Shown in pieces: positions 1 to 12,900 of a DNA stretch of 64,000 nt. This DNA comes from Trichinella spiralis (lineage: Eukaryota): the NCBI RefSeq assembly GCF_000181795.1, contig NW_003526944.1:4806479-4870478 (forward strand). Direction: 5' to 3'. The notes under the pieces were generated by a model, which was not told where the DNA came from, did not search any database, and saw nothing but the letters and a program-made list of their open reading frames with translations. How positions within the stretch are numbered: the stretch's first letter is position 1; each line of letters starts with the position of its first letter. A program made the translations under genes and the position numbers.

Positions 1-3000
1 ACCAACACCGGGTATCCGTCCTTCAATTCCAGACCAATGAAACAACAACCAGCTTGGTGTTCATCAAATTTGAAGTTCTGGTCGTCTATCGCCGTTCCGA
101 TGTAGCAGATGACGCCGTTCAAAGCTGTGCTTCGGATCAACATTGACAAATCCAAACGATCGTGCAGCCCAATGGAATAAGCGCGAGCAATGTCGACCAT
201 CGCGAAGCTGTTGTTGCGTCCGAAGCCGAAAGTAACTTCGGGTAAAGATTTTTCACAGTTGGGCATCAAGTAGGGCCGGTCGCAAACACACCGACCCTGG
301 TTCCAAACGTCGACGCAGTGACTTCGCGCCGGGCATTGGGTTTCATCGCACGGTTCGTGGTTCTGCCGCCGAGGGCAGGTCCAACCGACGTTGACCGCAC
401 TGGCGCCCATCTTCTCCGGTACTAGGAGCTTGCCGTTGACGATCACATCCCGCATGCAGCCGACAAAATTTCCCACGTCAGGATAGTAGGGATGCTGTTT
501 TTCCAACGGCGTGCCGCCGAACTTTGTGCTCGCCACTGCGCTGGCCAGCAGTCCACCCTCGGACGGCAGGCGCTTCAAATGCACATCACCAGTGGTCGAG
601 CGTTCCAAGCGCAGCTGCATCGAATTTGCATGCCAGTTAAGCGAGAGTCGATTCCACGAACCGTCGTTGACTTTTTGCTCAATTCGGAGCCGCTTGCCGG
701 ACCAGAGTGCTTGAATTTGTCCATCCAAGAGCAAGACTTGAAAAATGTTCGAATTGAACAAATCGTCGCCGAAAACGAGAAAACCGCTTTCCAAGGTGGT
801 TCTGAATTCCAATTCGAGCTGATAAGTTGCCGTTTCTGTGTGATTGTTGCTGGTGATGTCGACCATCATCGACTGACCAGAAAAAGACGCCACTGTCGAC
901 TGGGAGCAGCTCGGCATGGAGGTGTATCCGGGCGCGCATTCACATTGGGCTCGCTGTTTCTCAGCTCGACTGTCCCAAGTGACCGTGCAAATTTGACGAT
1001 CCCCACAACGGTAATCGTCACAGGCGTTCAGTCGGATTGAGCAGTTCTTAGCCGCATATCCGGGCTTGCATTCACAGTGGTAGTTGCCGTGTTGATTCAC
1101 ACAATCGACGCTGAACTGCACGGGACAGTAGTCGTCTCGGTGGTCGCACTCGTCCAAATCTTGCTCACAAAGCAAGCCCTGGAACCCCGGCCCGCAGACA
1201 CAACTTTGGGTCGATTCGTCGCAGAGACCGTCGTTCTGGCAGGGGTTGTAGAAGCAAAAGTTTGAAGTTGGCTTTAGGCGAATGGCAAGTTTGGGAGCGA
1301 AAAATTCACAAAAACTTCCATAATAGTCAGGCAAGCATTTGCAGCCGACGCCAACCGCATTTCCGGGCATTTTTATGCAAGTGCCGTTGTTCAAGCACGG
1401 TATGTTGTTGCAGGACAGTTCAATTTCGCACCACTTGCCTCCGTATCCTTTTGGACAAGCGCAACGACTGCCTTTGTCCGCTTCAACTTTGCAAACGCCT
1501 CCGTTGAAACATTTGCCACTGTTGCTGCAAGAAGTTTTCTCCGGATCATCGGCCAGTGGTGATGATGTAGATTTTTTGCCAAACGCTGCTGCTGAGTCGA
1601 TTTCGCAAAATTTTCCCGCATACCGATCTGAACAAACACAACGAAAACCCTCCTCTTGTTCAATGCACAGGCCATCGTTTTGACAAGTTCCATTTTGGCA
1701 ATAATGCTGAATCTTTTCCACGCAATTGTGGCCGGTCCATCCTGGCTCGCAGTTGCACGTGTACGATCCGTGAGTGTTTGTACAATTTCCTCGGCCGCAA
1801 GGTCTACAACACGGTTAAAAGTAAATTATCAAAACAAACCAACTAGTACTACTGTACTCCAGTGTACCTGATTGTCAAACATTCGTTAACGTCAAATTGG
1901 CAAAACGGACCGTCAAATTGTGCTAGACAACGGCAACTGGATACTGGATTTCCCTTGACGCAGGTTCCGCCGTTCATGCACAAATCTATCGAACAATCAG
2001 AACCCAACGGCACGTTGCAACTGATACCAGCGAATCCTTTTGGACAAATGCACCGAATTTCATCTTGAAACTTCTCACACAAATGTCCATCAGGACAAGT
2101 GTTCGGCGGACAATCGACTGTAACAAAATCCAACTAAAATGCAATAAAAATCAGAAAATGAAGCAAAATCGTAATTATAATAAAAACAAACAAATTCCAT
2201 ACTTGACATAGTAAACCTGAATAGCCGTGCTGACAGTTGCAAGTGGCGGTTCGATCGTCATCATTGTCGATGACAACGCATGTTCCGTTGTTCAAACAAG
2301 GATCCAAGTTGCAGTCTTTTGGCACGCACTTTCCTGGTGTGCCTGAAGAAGAAAAGCAAAAAGTGTAGCTTTTTTCCAATGGAAAACAACAAAACACCGT
2401 ACCTTCACTTCCTGGACGACAAACACAAGAACCGGCACGACAGACAGAGTCGCCGGTGCAAGCAGTTTCGCATTTGGATTCAATTTCACAATAGTCACCA
2501 GAAAAATTATCCAAACAATGACAACCAAAAATCACTTCGCCATAACTGTCCTATAGAGCATTTAATGATAACAAAACGACAGTATACAGAACAAATGAAG
2601 CTTTTGTACTTGACTGATCACGTGGCAAGTGCCGCCGTTGACGCAATAATCTGCGGGACACTTTCCTGAACGTATTTCACATCGTGAACCCTCAAAACCA
2701 TCCGGACAGATGCATTTCAATATTGTACCATTCGCAGCTCGACAACTCGCATCGTTCAAACAATGGTGCACACATTCCGACGGTGGTAATACAATTCCTG
2801 AACATGAATAACGCTGAGTAAAAATCATATATATTTGAAAGAAGAGAACAAATTTTAATTTCAACGTGGGAAATTGGTTTCTTTTTTTTTGAAAACATTT
2901 CATCTGAGTAAAACATTTCCGCATTCTTGGAAAACAAGTGAAGAAGTTGAGCAGAGAATGAAAAAAAACTAAATTAACAAAATGGCGAGACAATTTCAAA

Positions 3001-3697
3001 AAGAGAGAAGCTGAACAAAATTAATAATAATAATAATAATAATCACATTAAGCTGTCAGCGGAAGTTGTTTAAATGAAGTGAAATTCCGCCCAACCGTGA
3101 AAAAAACGCAGTTGTAAAATGTTAGCTTCACACGATGCAAAAACAACCACCTCGGATGAAAAAGCAAATTGATAGAATAATACACAACATAGAAGCATTC
3201 GAACAGGAAATGATTCAGAAGCACAAATCGACAACAGAATTTGTTGGTCATCTTTTTTTCAATGCAACAAAATAAAAAAGAAAAAAAATAATAACGTTCA
3301 CAATTCAGATGAAACGAATGAACAAATATGAATAGATAATATTGCAAGGGAGACGGGATATGGTAGAAATGAGGAAACAATGCACAGCGTGGAAAAGCGA
3401 AGAAGTAATATGAGCAAGCGACGAATTTTAACATTAAAATATGAAAAGATTAAAAAAAAGTTCTTTTATTTCAACCCCACCCATGCCGACTATAATCAAA
3501 TTCAAAACGACAGACAAATTTTTGAAAAAAAAACTAATAATAATTTAAATAATTTTATTTTAAATTAAATAAATTGCATTAAAAACAATAAATAAATTAA
3601 ATAAATGCTTACCGATAGATGCGGTTGCGACTGAAGTTTGAATTGACGACGATAAAAAGCAACAAACAAAAAACAGTTGCCACCGTATGGCCAACAT
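1..3697 (-). CDS. crb: Crumbs-like EGF/laminin-G protein, 5' part; continues past the left edge
   Basis: Exon 1 (3697-3613) encodes a signal peptide, MLAIRWQLFFVCCFLSSSIQTSVATAS, and splices in phase 1 to 2797. About 13 EGF repeats follow (e.g. DVNECL, DLDECD, CLNNGTC), then a LamG domain (LEFRTT...VNDGSW...FVGCMRDVIVNGK), another EGF and a second LamG in the long exon from about 1803 to <1. The diagnostic cytoplasmic tail lies outside the window, so the name rests on domain order. Confidence 0.75.
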
Positions 3698-5670
3698 TTT
3701 GCCTTTTGGTCAAGGCGAGTAGAAATTTGAATTGCCGAACAAAATATAAAATTCAAATTCTACAAAAAAAATAAAATAAATTTGAATAAAAATCGATTTC
3801 GAAAATGATTCAACAAGTGATCAGAGAAAGCGTTGTGGTGGTGGTAGTCGAGACGACGACGACAACGACGAGTGTACAACGGCGACTGTACCTTTCAGTT
3901 CAGCCCTGTTGCTCTCTCTGTACGCGAATGAAATGCGTGCCACGGTCGGCTGCTGTCCGACGACCGCAGCGACCTCTGGTGTCCGGTTCCAATGGAGAAC
4001 ACGGACCGTTGTTGTCAACTGCTGGTCAATGGGATGGAAAACAGACGGACAGTGGGCTAGACAAAACAACACTACAGACAGACACGAAAAGAATTGGGGG
4101 GAGGGAAAAAAGCCTCACTCGGACAAGCTCCACTGACCAGATGACCTCTGAGGGTCATCGACGACAACGATGATGATTTTTTTTCCAACCGAAAATTGAT
4201 ACGATCATTTTATAAAGAAAATCAACTGGTTCAATTATTGTCGTAACAAGAGAATAATTTAAATGGAAATTATAAAAATAATCAACACAAACAAACAATT
4301 GGAAAAAAAAATTTCCATCGTCAGCCACACTGACCCAAGGACAGAGACACGACACGGACAGTGGCGCTGTTGTCGCTCGTGATCCACTTGATATGTGATA
4401 TCATTTTTCCATTCGAACGAAATGTCCTACTGTGTTTTTGTTTTTTGTTTTTCAAAACAAAAGTATAATCAAGGGCAAATTTCCCATATTTTACCACTTC
4501 ATCCTTCTTCCACCATATTCAGTCGTGGATAATTGTTTCAAAAATTTGCATAATGATAATCAATCGAAAGAGTATGCAAAAAAGCGAAAACAAAAAAAAA
4601 TTATATTTCAGAAGTGATATTTTGAACATGTAGAAAAAGAAAAAATTCCAAGAAAAGATGGAAATTTTGATTTTTACGAAACAGAAACTTTTCATTATGA
4701 TAGCAACTTTTGCAATATCCACAGTATGCACATCTTTGTTGTTGTTGTTGTTGTTTCATTGGAATTCAAAAAAAACAGTTGACAACAACATGTGTTATCC
4801 AGAATAGAAATTTAATGAATGAAGAATATATTGATTTTCTCTTCTTCTTCTTCTTTTTTGTTACCCCCCCCCCCAAAAAAAAATATTTTGCAAAAAATAT
4901 TCAAATATCATAAATTGAAATTTTGAAAAGTTGAAAAAAAAACCAAACACTGACCAATTCCAGCGGAAATGCAAGGCCAATGCTGTGATCAAATCGACCA
5001 GATGCTGTGTGCGAAATGAAGCAGCAATTTCATTCACTGCCAGTGAAGCCAGCAGGTGACCAGAGAACCAACAGCCCACTTCCGGCAACGAAACGAACAA
5101 GCGCCTGTCACCGATGGCAACAGCAATAAAAAAAGCCACCAAATAATGGTAATAATAATAATTATTACTATACATTGGTCATTTTATATTCACAATATGC
5201 AATTTTTTTACCATGTCAACTGTGACTGAGAAAATCACAAACAAATAAATGATTGTCAATATTGAAACTGCGATTGTGTTGACTGAAACAAAAAAGATTT
5301 CCCTGATTCACGTTCATCTATTTATTTACACTGTATTTTAATTTTATTGAGTGGTGGGGTCGACAAAATTAAACTTTACCCAAAAAAGAATGCAAAACAT
5401 CACATTTTAAAAAATATTTTATTTCATGAACGCTTCAGAAAATAGCAAAAAATAATACGACCGGTCACGTTAAGTTCGACATGAGCAAAATGTAAATGCT
5501 GAACGGTATAATGATGATAATAATAAAATGTCATCATATAAAATATACATGCCAATTTTAGATATAAATAATATAGATGGAAAAGATTATAAAGCAACAA
5601 TTTTTAAATTTTATATATGAAAAAAGTGATAATCATCATGTCACCCTAACGGACCCTGTGATATAATTTC

Positions 5671-8420
5671 TCATTTCAAAAACTTTTCAATATCCGCCGG
5701 CATCTGGCGAATATTGGTGTGGTAAAATTCCTCAATGTCTTTCATCATTCGTTTATCGTTTTCAGTAACAAAATTGATCGCCACTCCCACGCGACCGAAT
5801 CGTCCGCTACGACCAATGCTGTTGACAAGAAAAAAAAGATTATTATAAAAAATACAAAACAAAACAAATACAATACTGCTGGCTGCTCATACCGATGAAT
5901 GTAATTTTCTCGATTGTGCGGAATATCGTAATTAATCACAATCGAAACCTGCTGGATATCAATACCACGCGCCAACAAATCCGTGGAAATCAACACACGA
6001 CTAGATCCAGTACGAAACTGTTGCATGATCACGTCCCGATCTTGCTGAGTCATGTCACCATGCTAAGAGAAAGAGAGAAAAATCAAAATTTCAAAATTCA
6101 ACAAATCAACAAGTACAACAATAAAAGCAACCAACAACTGTTTAGTTTACCATGCAAGTCACAGTAAATTTGCGATCAGTCAATTCGCGAGCTAATTTTT
6201 CCACCTTCTGGCGAGAGTTACAAAAGATAACAGCCTTGCTGATGCTTAAAGTAGTGTAGATGTCACACAATGTATCTAATTTCCATTCCTTAAAAAAGAA
6301 AAAATGCAACTCAATATTATTATTTTTATAACATAAAAAAAGTTCATTACTTCGCGACCAACTTCAATGTAAAACTGACGAATACCATCCAACGTTAGTT
6401 CCTCTTTTCGAACCAATATCCGAACCGGATTATTCATAAACTTGGTAGTCACTTGAAGCACCTCGTCTGGCATAGTGGCAGACAACAAAACAACCTAAAA
6501 ACAGTGAACTTCAAAAATAACCACAAAACCAATTAGCAAGAACATTCCAAATACCTGAACATCAGCAGGCATAAACTCAAAAACCTCGTGTATTTGTTGC
6601 TTAAAACCACGAGAGAGCATTTCGTCTGCTTCATCCAAAACGAACGTCTTTATACCCTTAGTTTCTACAAAATACATTTATTTAGTTTAAAAGTGAAATC
6701 TAATTCAAAAATTACATATATCAACTTTCATATAATTAAAGAAAACGCATGTCAGTGGCAAATTGAGATGGTTTTGTAAAATCCCTCTCACCCATGCCAA
6801 CTTATACTTTACTTCCAAATGACGACCAGGACAGAATAGTACCATCAACCTGGTGCTTTGTGGAAGAGCAAAAAAATTTCATTTTGTTACTTACGGAGAT
6901 GATGTCCTCGAATCATATCCAACACGCGGCCAGGAGTCCCCACCGCAACGTGACAGCCTTGCCCAAGTTTTTCTCTGTTTGTTGCAACACTCGTACCACC
7001 GATACAGGTAAGAACCTTGACGCCCATGTGGTCTCCAAGTGCAAGGATAACTTTCTGGATCTAAAAGCAAAATCATAAATGCAAGGACGTCTGATATAAT
7101 CAACTAATACCAATACACAATGAAATCAACAGCGAGTTGAAAAAAATATTGGAATTAATTTGTTAATTAAGAAAACAATTATGGCACTACAGTTTATGTT
7201 TAAAAACAAAAAATTTTTAATCAACAAAAGCGTTTTTATAAAATTAAAGAAAATCATGTACAAAAATCTACAGTAAACCAAATCATTCACAACTTTAAAT
7301 ACTTAACCCCCAGTATTAAAATAATGACAAACATTATTTTGAAAAAACATTTCCAAAAAATTATAAAACTAATATCAAACGTCAGTCTGTTTTTTCAAAA
7401 ACTTAATGTGATAAAGTTGTAGATACTTAAAATTTTTAAGGACTATTATTCATTTAAACATTATCCTAAACAGTAAAAAATTTACGACAGAACATAAAAA
7501 AACAATTTTGAGAATGTGCACATTCATACTACCGAAAACATTTTAATTCATAAAGTTTACCTGCTGAGCCAGTTCTCGCGTTGGTGCCATTACCAAAGCC
7601 TGACAGTCGTTGAAATCTGTGTTTATCTGCTGCAGTAGGCCGATGGCAAATGTGGCAGTTTTGCCAGTTCCAGATTGCGCTTGCGCAATCACATCTCGAC
7701 CTGAAACAAAAACATCATTATTAACAAAACAATATGTTAAACATTTTATAGCTCTATTCTACTAAAATACGTCTAATTAACTACCACGAAACAGTTAATG
7801 AACAGAAGAAAACCGGATACTAAATGTGTGACACACTGAACTGTACTAAAGTATTTAACTTCCTTCATGAAAGTAACTTAAATTTCATGCCACGATTCTA
7901 CAGATAAAAATAAGCTGTTTGATGGTTTAATAAACTGTTAATAATCGATTCAATTACAAAACTCAAAAATATGAAATCAACCTAAAAGTTCGGCTTTATC
8001 GAAAAAAATATAAACAAAGACAAAATTGAATAACATACAAAAGAAAACCTACGTTGACAACACGGTACAATAGCTAGCTGCTGAATAACGGATGGCTTTT
8101 CGAAACCATACGCGAACACTCCGCGAAGTAGTTCTTCTCGTAAGCCCATCTTTTCAAAACTGTTCACCATTTCCGTGTAATTAGTCTATGAAAATTGAAA
8201 ATAACATTTCAATTTAGTCGAATAAGTAACTAACTCACTTCCAAGTTGTGCTGAGAAGCTAAGTTCTCAGCTGCATGTCGACCATCTTCCCGTTGTTCGT
8301 TGTTGTTGGTTTCGGAACCGACATGCATTGACTGGTACCTGAGTAAAAACCACTCGTGTAAGAATAAAAATTATTAAAATACAAAAATAACCATTACATA
8401 TCTCTTTCATTGGAACTCAT
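5671..8420 (-). CDS. EIF4A: Eukaryotic initiation factor 4A, DEAD-box helicase (eIF4A1/2 type), multi-exon
   Basis: Q motif [43 protein letters not shown] (eIF4A3 has TDVWARG) and [13 protein letters not shown] at 8420; stop at 5671. Confidence 0.95.
6747..6869 (-). ncRNA. Intronic box H/ACA snoRNA, SNORA21/snR10-like
   Basis: Lies in the eIF4A intron at about 6667-6894, on the sense strand. Hairpin 1 (CUUCCA/UGGAAG, ACCAGG/CCUGGU), H box AAAGUA (6810-6805), hairpin 2 (UGGCA/UGCCA, AGA..UCU), ACA box (6752-6750) plus 3 nt. The pockets are complementary to conserved LSU rRNA segments. Confidence 0.85.
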
Positions 8421-9283
8421 ATTCGACAAACGTGTCACAACGACAGCACAATCAAACAATGACAACGCAACAAAAGTAAAAGATAAACAGGCAAACAAGG
8501 TTTACTGTATCTCATAACAAAAACAATAAAAAAATTTCTTTCATTTTTTTAGTTTAAATGTACTTAAAAATTTTTAATTAAACTATTTTAAAACACAGAG
8601 TAAATTTTAAATTTAAAATTGTTTGGCCTTAAAACATCGAAACAAAGCATGTGTAGCATAGATTAAAAAATTCAATGTTCATAAGAGAATATCTTTAAAA
8701 TAAGGAAAAAATGTTTATACTATGGATAATAATATTTAAAATAAATTTAAAATAAAAAATTTAAATTAATTGCTTCTGTAATAAATGATTACAAAACTAC
8801 TTTACAATAATTGTTCCTACTGTATATGTAAAGTGCTCATTAAAAAAGTTATTAAGATAAATAAAAATAAATATTTTTAATAACTTATAATTATAATAAT
8901 GTTTTAAGTTATTATTAATTTATAAAATCCTATTTTAAATATTTGTACCTAATGCATGTGGCATTGCTACAGTAGCATAAAATATTATAGACAGACGTTG
9001 TAAATGTTAATTATTACGTTATAATGTAATGTTTATGCTAATTATTCTTCTGTTCAATGATATGAAATATTTTAAACGTTTTGAAATTTGAATATAAATT
9101 TCTGTGAAACTTTTATAAAAACAGAAATAATATCTTTTTAAATAACTATATCTGTTCATTGAAAACTTTTCATTATCTTTTTTTTAACTTCTGTGAAAAA
9201 AATCCAACCAAATCTATGATATATTATTACGGTTAAGAGTAACAATACATTTTCATAAAATTTGTCATTCATCATTATTATTG

Positions 9284-9670
9284 TGTAACGAGCCGCTCCC
9301 TCGAGCAGGCTCGTTCGCTTCCCCCACCGTGTTATTGGCGCATTCGCCGCTAAACGGGACGGGCTGGTATTGACCGGCGGGGTTCCCTTTTTTTTCCGAT
9401 TCGCGCTCTCCTGATGCCATTATAACAATCAAAAAACAGTCAATAAGTATAGTTTTTATTGGCAACTGCGAGCAAGGATCGCCGACGATGCTTTACAGCA
9501 AGCCTCTTCAGCACACACAACAACGACCACACACACGTACTCCACTGTACTACGCACCACTGTACTCCACCTCTGATCTTCAAGTCCAAATCTGCTTATG
9601 GTAGCTTCACCTTTCTTCCGCTTCGTTGTCTGGAGAAATAGAGTTGTCAGCTCGATTCGCGTCCGCTACA
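9284..9670. mobile_element. Solo LTR, probably Ty3/gypsy-type
   Basis: 387-bp GC-rich island in AT-rich intergenic DNA. The ends TGTAACG...CGCTACA form an imperfect inverted repeat, flanked by the direct repeat ATTG (9280-9283 and 9671-9674). AATAAA is on the minus strand at 9460-9455; CCACTGTACT occurs twice internally. Confidence 0.8.
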
Positions 9671-9997
9671 ATTGTATAGCTGAAAATAAACAAAAAATAG
9701 TTCCTAATCAATTATTGAATGTTATGTTCAAAACACTCGTTTCTTGAAAGTCTAAGTTTTTATCATTTATCAACCATTATTACAAGCCTTCGTTTTCCAC
9801 TGACACTTTTCAAAAGCAACGTGTATGCATGAAACAGAATAAAATATTGAAGTTTTGCTCTGATGATCATTAATTTGTTTGTTTCTTCATAATAATAATA
9901 ATATAAACATATTAAACTGTTTTATTTGTTGTAAATTAAAAGAAAAGGGAAAATTTGAGCAAACATAAAATGTATTCGATGATTATTATTCATCTAG

Positions 9998-12900
9998 TCA
10001 AGACCAAATTTTGATCAATCCATCGGACGATGACGAAAGCATCATCCAATTCTTGGCACGACAAATTTTCACATCAGTCACACAATCATGATGAGCAGTG
10101 TTGACTTGTACATCGACTCTAGGTTTAGCGCCTGATTCATCGGTTAAACTGGAGGAGCCAGCCAGAGAGGAGTAGACGTTCATACCGTCAATTATTTGTC
10201 GTCTATAATATAAAAATTTTACATTTAAATATAAATAAATATCCATATATATATATATATATATATATGCTTACTTGAATACAGAATTTGGTTTAAAATC
10301 AAACGAAGATATGACTGTACTTTCAGCGGTACTCTGCAAATTCCAATGTTGAATTGTTCCAGAATCATCACCTGCCAATATTGATCCCATCGAGTCTTCA
10401 CTACCTCCATATTGACAAAGTGTCAAAATCGGTCTGCGATCTGCACTGACCTGAGTCGGATATGACAATGGAGGTGTGTCAGATGTCCAAATGACGTTCG
10501 TCCGGCAAGACGTTTCCAAATCCCATTCTGACACTTCGTCGTGATGCAGGTAAGTTGCAAAAATTCTCGAACGACATCCGTCTGATGTGTACAAATGTGC
10601 AACGGGTAAATTTGCAGGATGCTTGAATTCGTTGACGTTCAACTCAAAGCGAACATCCCAAAGTATGAAATAACCCGATTCAGTACCGACAACAACCCAG
10701 TTGCCATTTTGTTCATCAACGCACATACTGGTCACTACCCCTTTCTGACAAGGATTGGTCACATTCCATACTGGTCTCGATACTCGAGTATCAAAGCCCA
10801 ACAATTGTCCGTGATGAGTCAAGCCGATCATTCTCAAACAGTTTCCTGAAGAGTAGTAAATTTGTTTACGCTTATGCAATAATAATAAAATTGAAAATTT
10901 TCAAATGAACATATACCTTCACTAGTAGTCCACAAATCTATAATGTAATCATCGCGCTGTTGATAAGAAACGCACGGATTGAAAACTGGAACTTCTGAAC
11001 CACAAGTTTCCAATCTTGGAATGGAAAAAAATATTAATCAATACACATTCACTTCATTTCTCAACCATGTACCTAATCAAACGCAAATATCCATCGTCGG
11101 AACTGCAGGCCAAAAAATTTTCGACAAAATTTACACAAGTCATTTTTCCATCTGTATAACACAAATTTTATTACTATTATTTTATCTTTGTCGCAAGTAA
11201 ATTTTAAATATATTTGTTTCTTTTTCACACCTACCAAATTCCTTGAAAGTACACAAGCTTCGATGAGCCATGTTCCGACCAATCAGTTGCTTCACATCCC
11301 AAAGTTTCAAAGTACGATCTGAACTAATGCTGACAAAATATCGCCCACTGTAGTCGACCGCCAACCTTCAATAGAAACTTGAAAACGAGAACAACAATCA
11401 ATTAGCGTATCGACAAACTTGTTCACACTTCCAGTGTGTTCACGCAACTCAACCAGAAGATCGCCTCGGGGCTTCCAGGCAGCCGACGGAACCGCAACCT
11501 TACGGGGGTGGGGTGAGTTGGTTCCATTGCGCACGTCGACTGAACACAACGCGTGCCTGGACCACAGATCACGCTGCCATTCGATGTATTTCTCCAATTG
11601 AAGCTTGCAAACGGCCACTTCCACACAACATTCCGCCGCAACCGGGTTCACCTCCACCGGCATGACAACACGCGAACCTTCGGCTTTGTCCTTTTCCACC
11701 GCGACGGGCATTTCTTGGGGATTGGCGGCACCGTCGATCAACAACACCAACAAACTGTTGGAACTGCTGGCTTGGCTCAAACTGCCGTCGTCGTCCACAC
11801 TTTCAGCGTTGGTCGCCTGCTTTGCACAACTGGTCACCACCTCCTCAATATCGTCGGACAGCGACAAGTCGGTATCGTCAAAATCCGATTCATCCTCAGT
11901 ATCACGGTCCCAGTCTTCGTAGTCGCCGATGCTTTTGCAAAGACGACGACGTTCCACGGGTTTGGGGCTTTTGGCCTCTTCCGAACGATCAACGCTGACC
12001 GTCTCCAACTTGGCATCCATATCTGGCGTCGAATCGCCGCTGTTCACACTGAGCTCCCCCTCCCAATCGTATTCAAACTTCGTCACTGAATCTCCCATAA
12101 GCACCGATGCTGACTTCTCCCACACGGAACCTGTAGACAATTGTTCTTCCAAATCCAGACAATTCTCCAAATTTTTCACTGACAATTCGATCAGTTCGTT
12201 GGTCAACTTTTCAATTTCATTCGTGTTGATCGTGATCTGCTCATTGGACGGCTCCAGGGTTGTATTTTCCGCAGAAGTCGCTACCTCCGCCTGAGCATTT
12301 TGTTCTTGAATAAGCATAACATTGGGCAACTTTCCAAGGCCAAATTCCACTTCAGAAAAGTCGTCGGTTTCTGATTGGACAAAGCTTGCTTGCACTTGGC
12401 CCTGTTTCGCACACTGAGTTGAAGAAGCTTCTTCACGAATGACCACCGAACCGAACTGCTTGTAAACAGTTCCATCGTCTCCAAAATAGACCACACATTC
12501 GGAGCCGTTGTCGTCGGTTTCGACGTTCGACATTTGCATTTCCTTCCGAAAGTGGACATCCGCATCCGCATTAACTAAATCTCTCCAATTTGATTCCCAA
12601 TCACTACTCGAACACGGCATCAAATCAAATTTTGAAGCCAATTTGGAAAACGATTTGCACAATTCCATTTTGTCCACCGAAGGCAACTCATCTATTTTCA
12701 ATTGTCCAGAACCAATATTGGACTGCAATTTTTCGGCTCGTTCACCATTTCCGTCGGTTTCTTCTTCTGAAGCTTCTTGAACATAATCTATCGGCGCTAT
12801 TATAGGACCCATCCTAAGAGCTTGCTCTTCTTCAACCTCTATATGACCGAACATTTGTCTCCATTCGATGTTCTAGAAATAAAAACTGATTTTTCAATAA

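Noticed and set aside
492..1871. Plus-strand ORFs of 60-182 aa
   Set aside because: Antisense shadows of the long crumbs-like exon; no recognisable motifs.
7072..8050. More snoRNAs in the two larger eIF4A introns
   Set aside because: One short hairpin near 7865-7890, but no convincing H/ACA or C/D box arrangement.
9265..9641. Two small ORFs; possible U11 or SL RNA
   Set aside because: No Sm site or leader donor. The LTR termini and duplication explain the island better.
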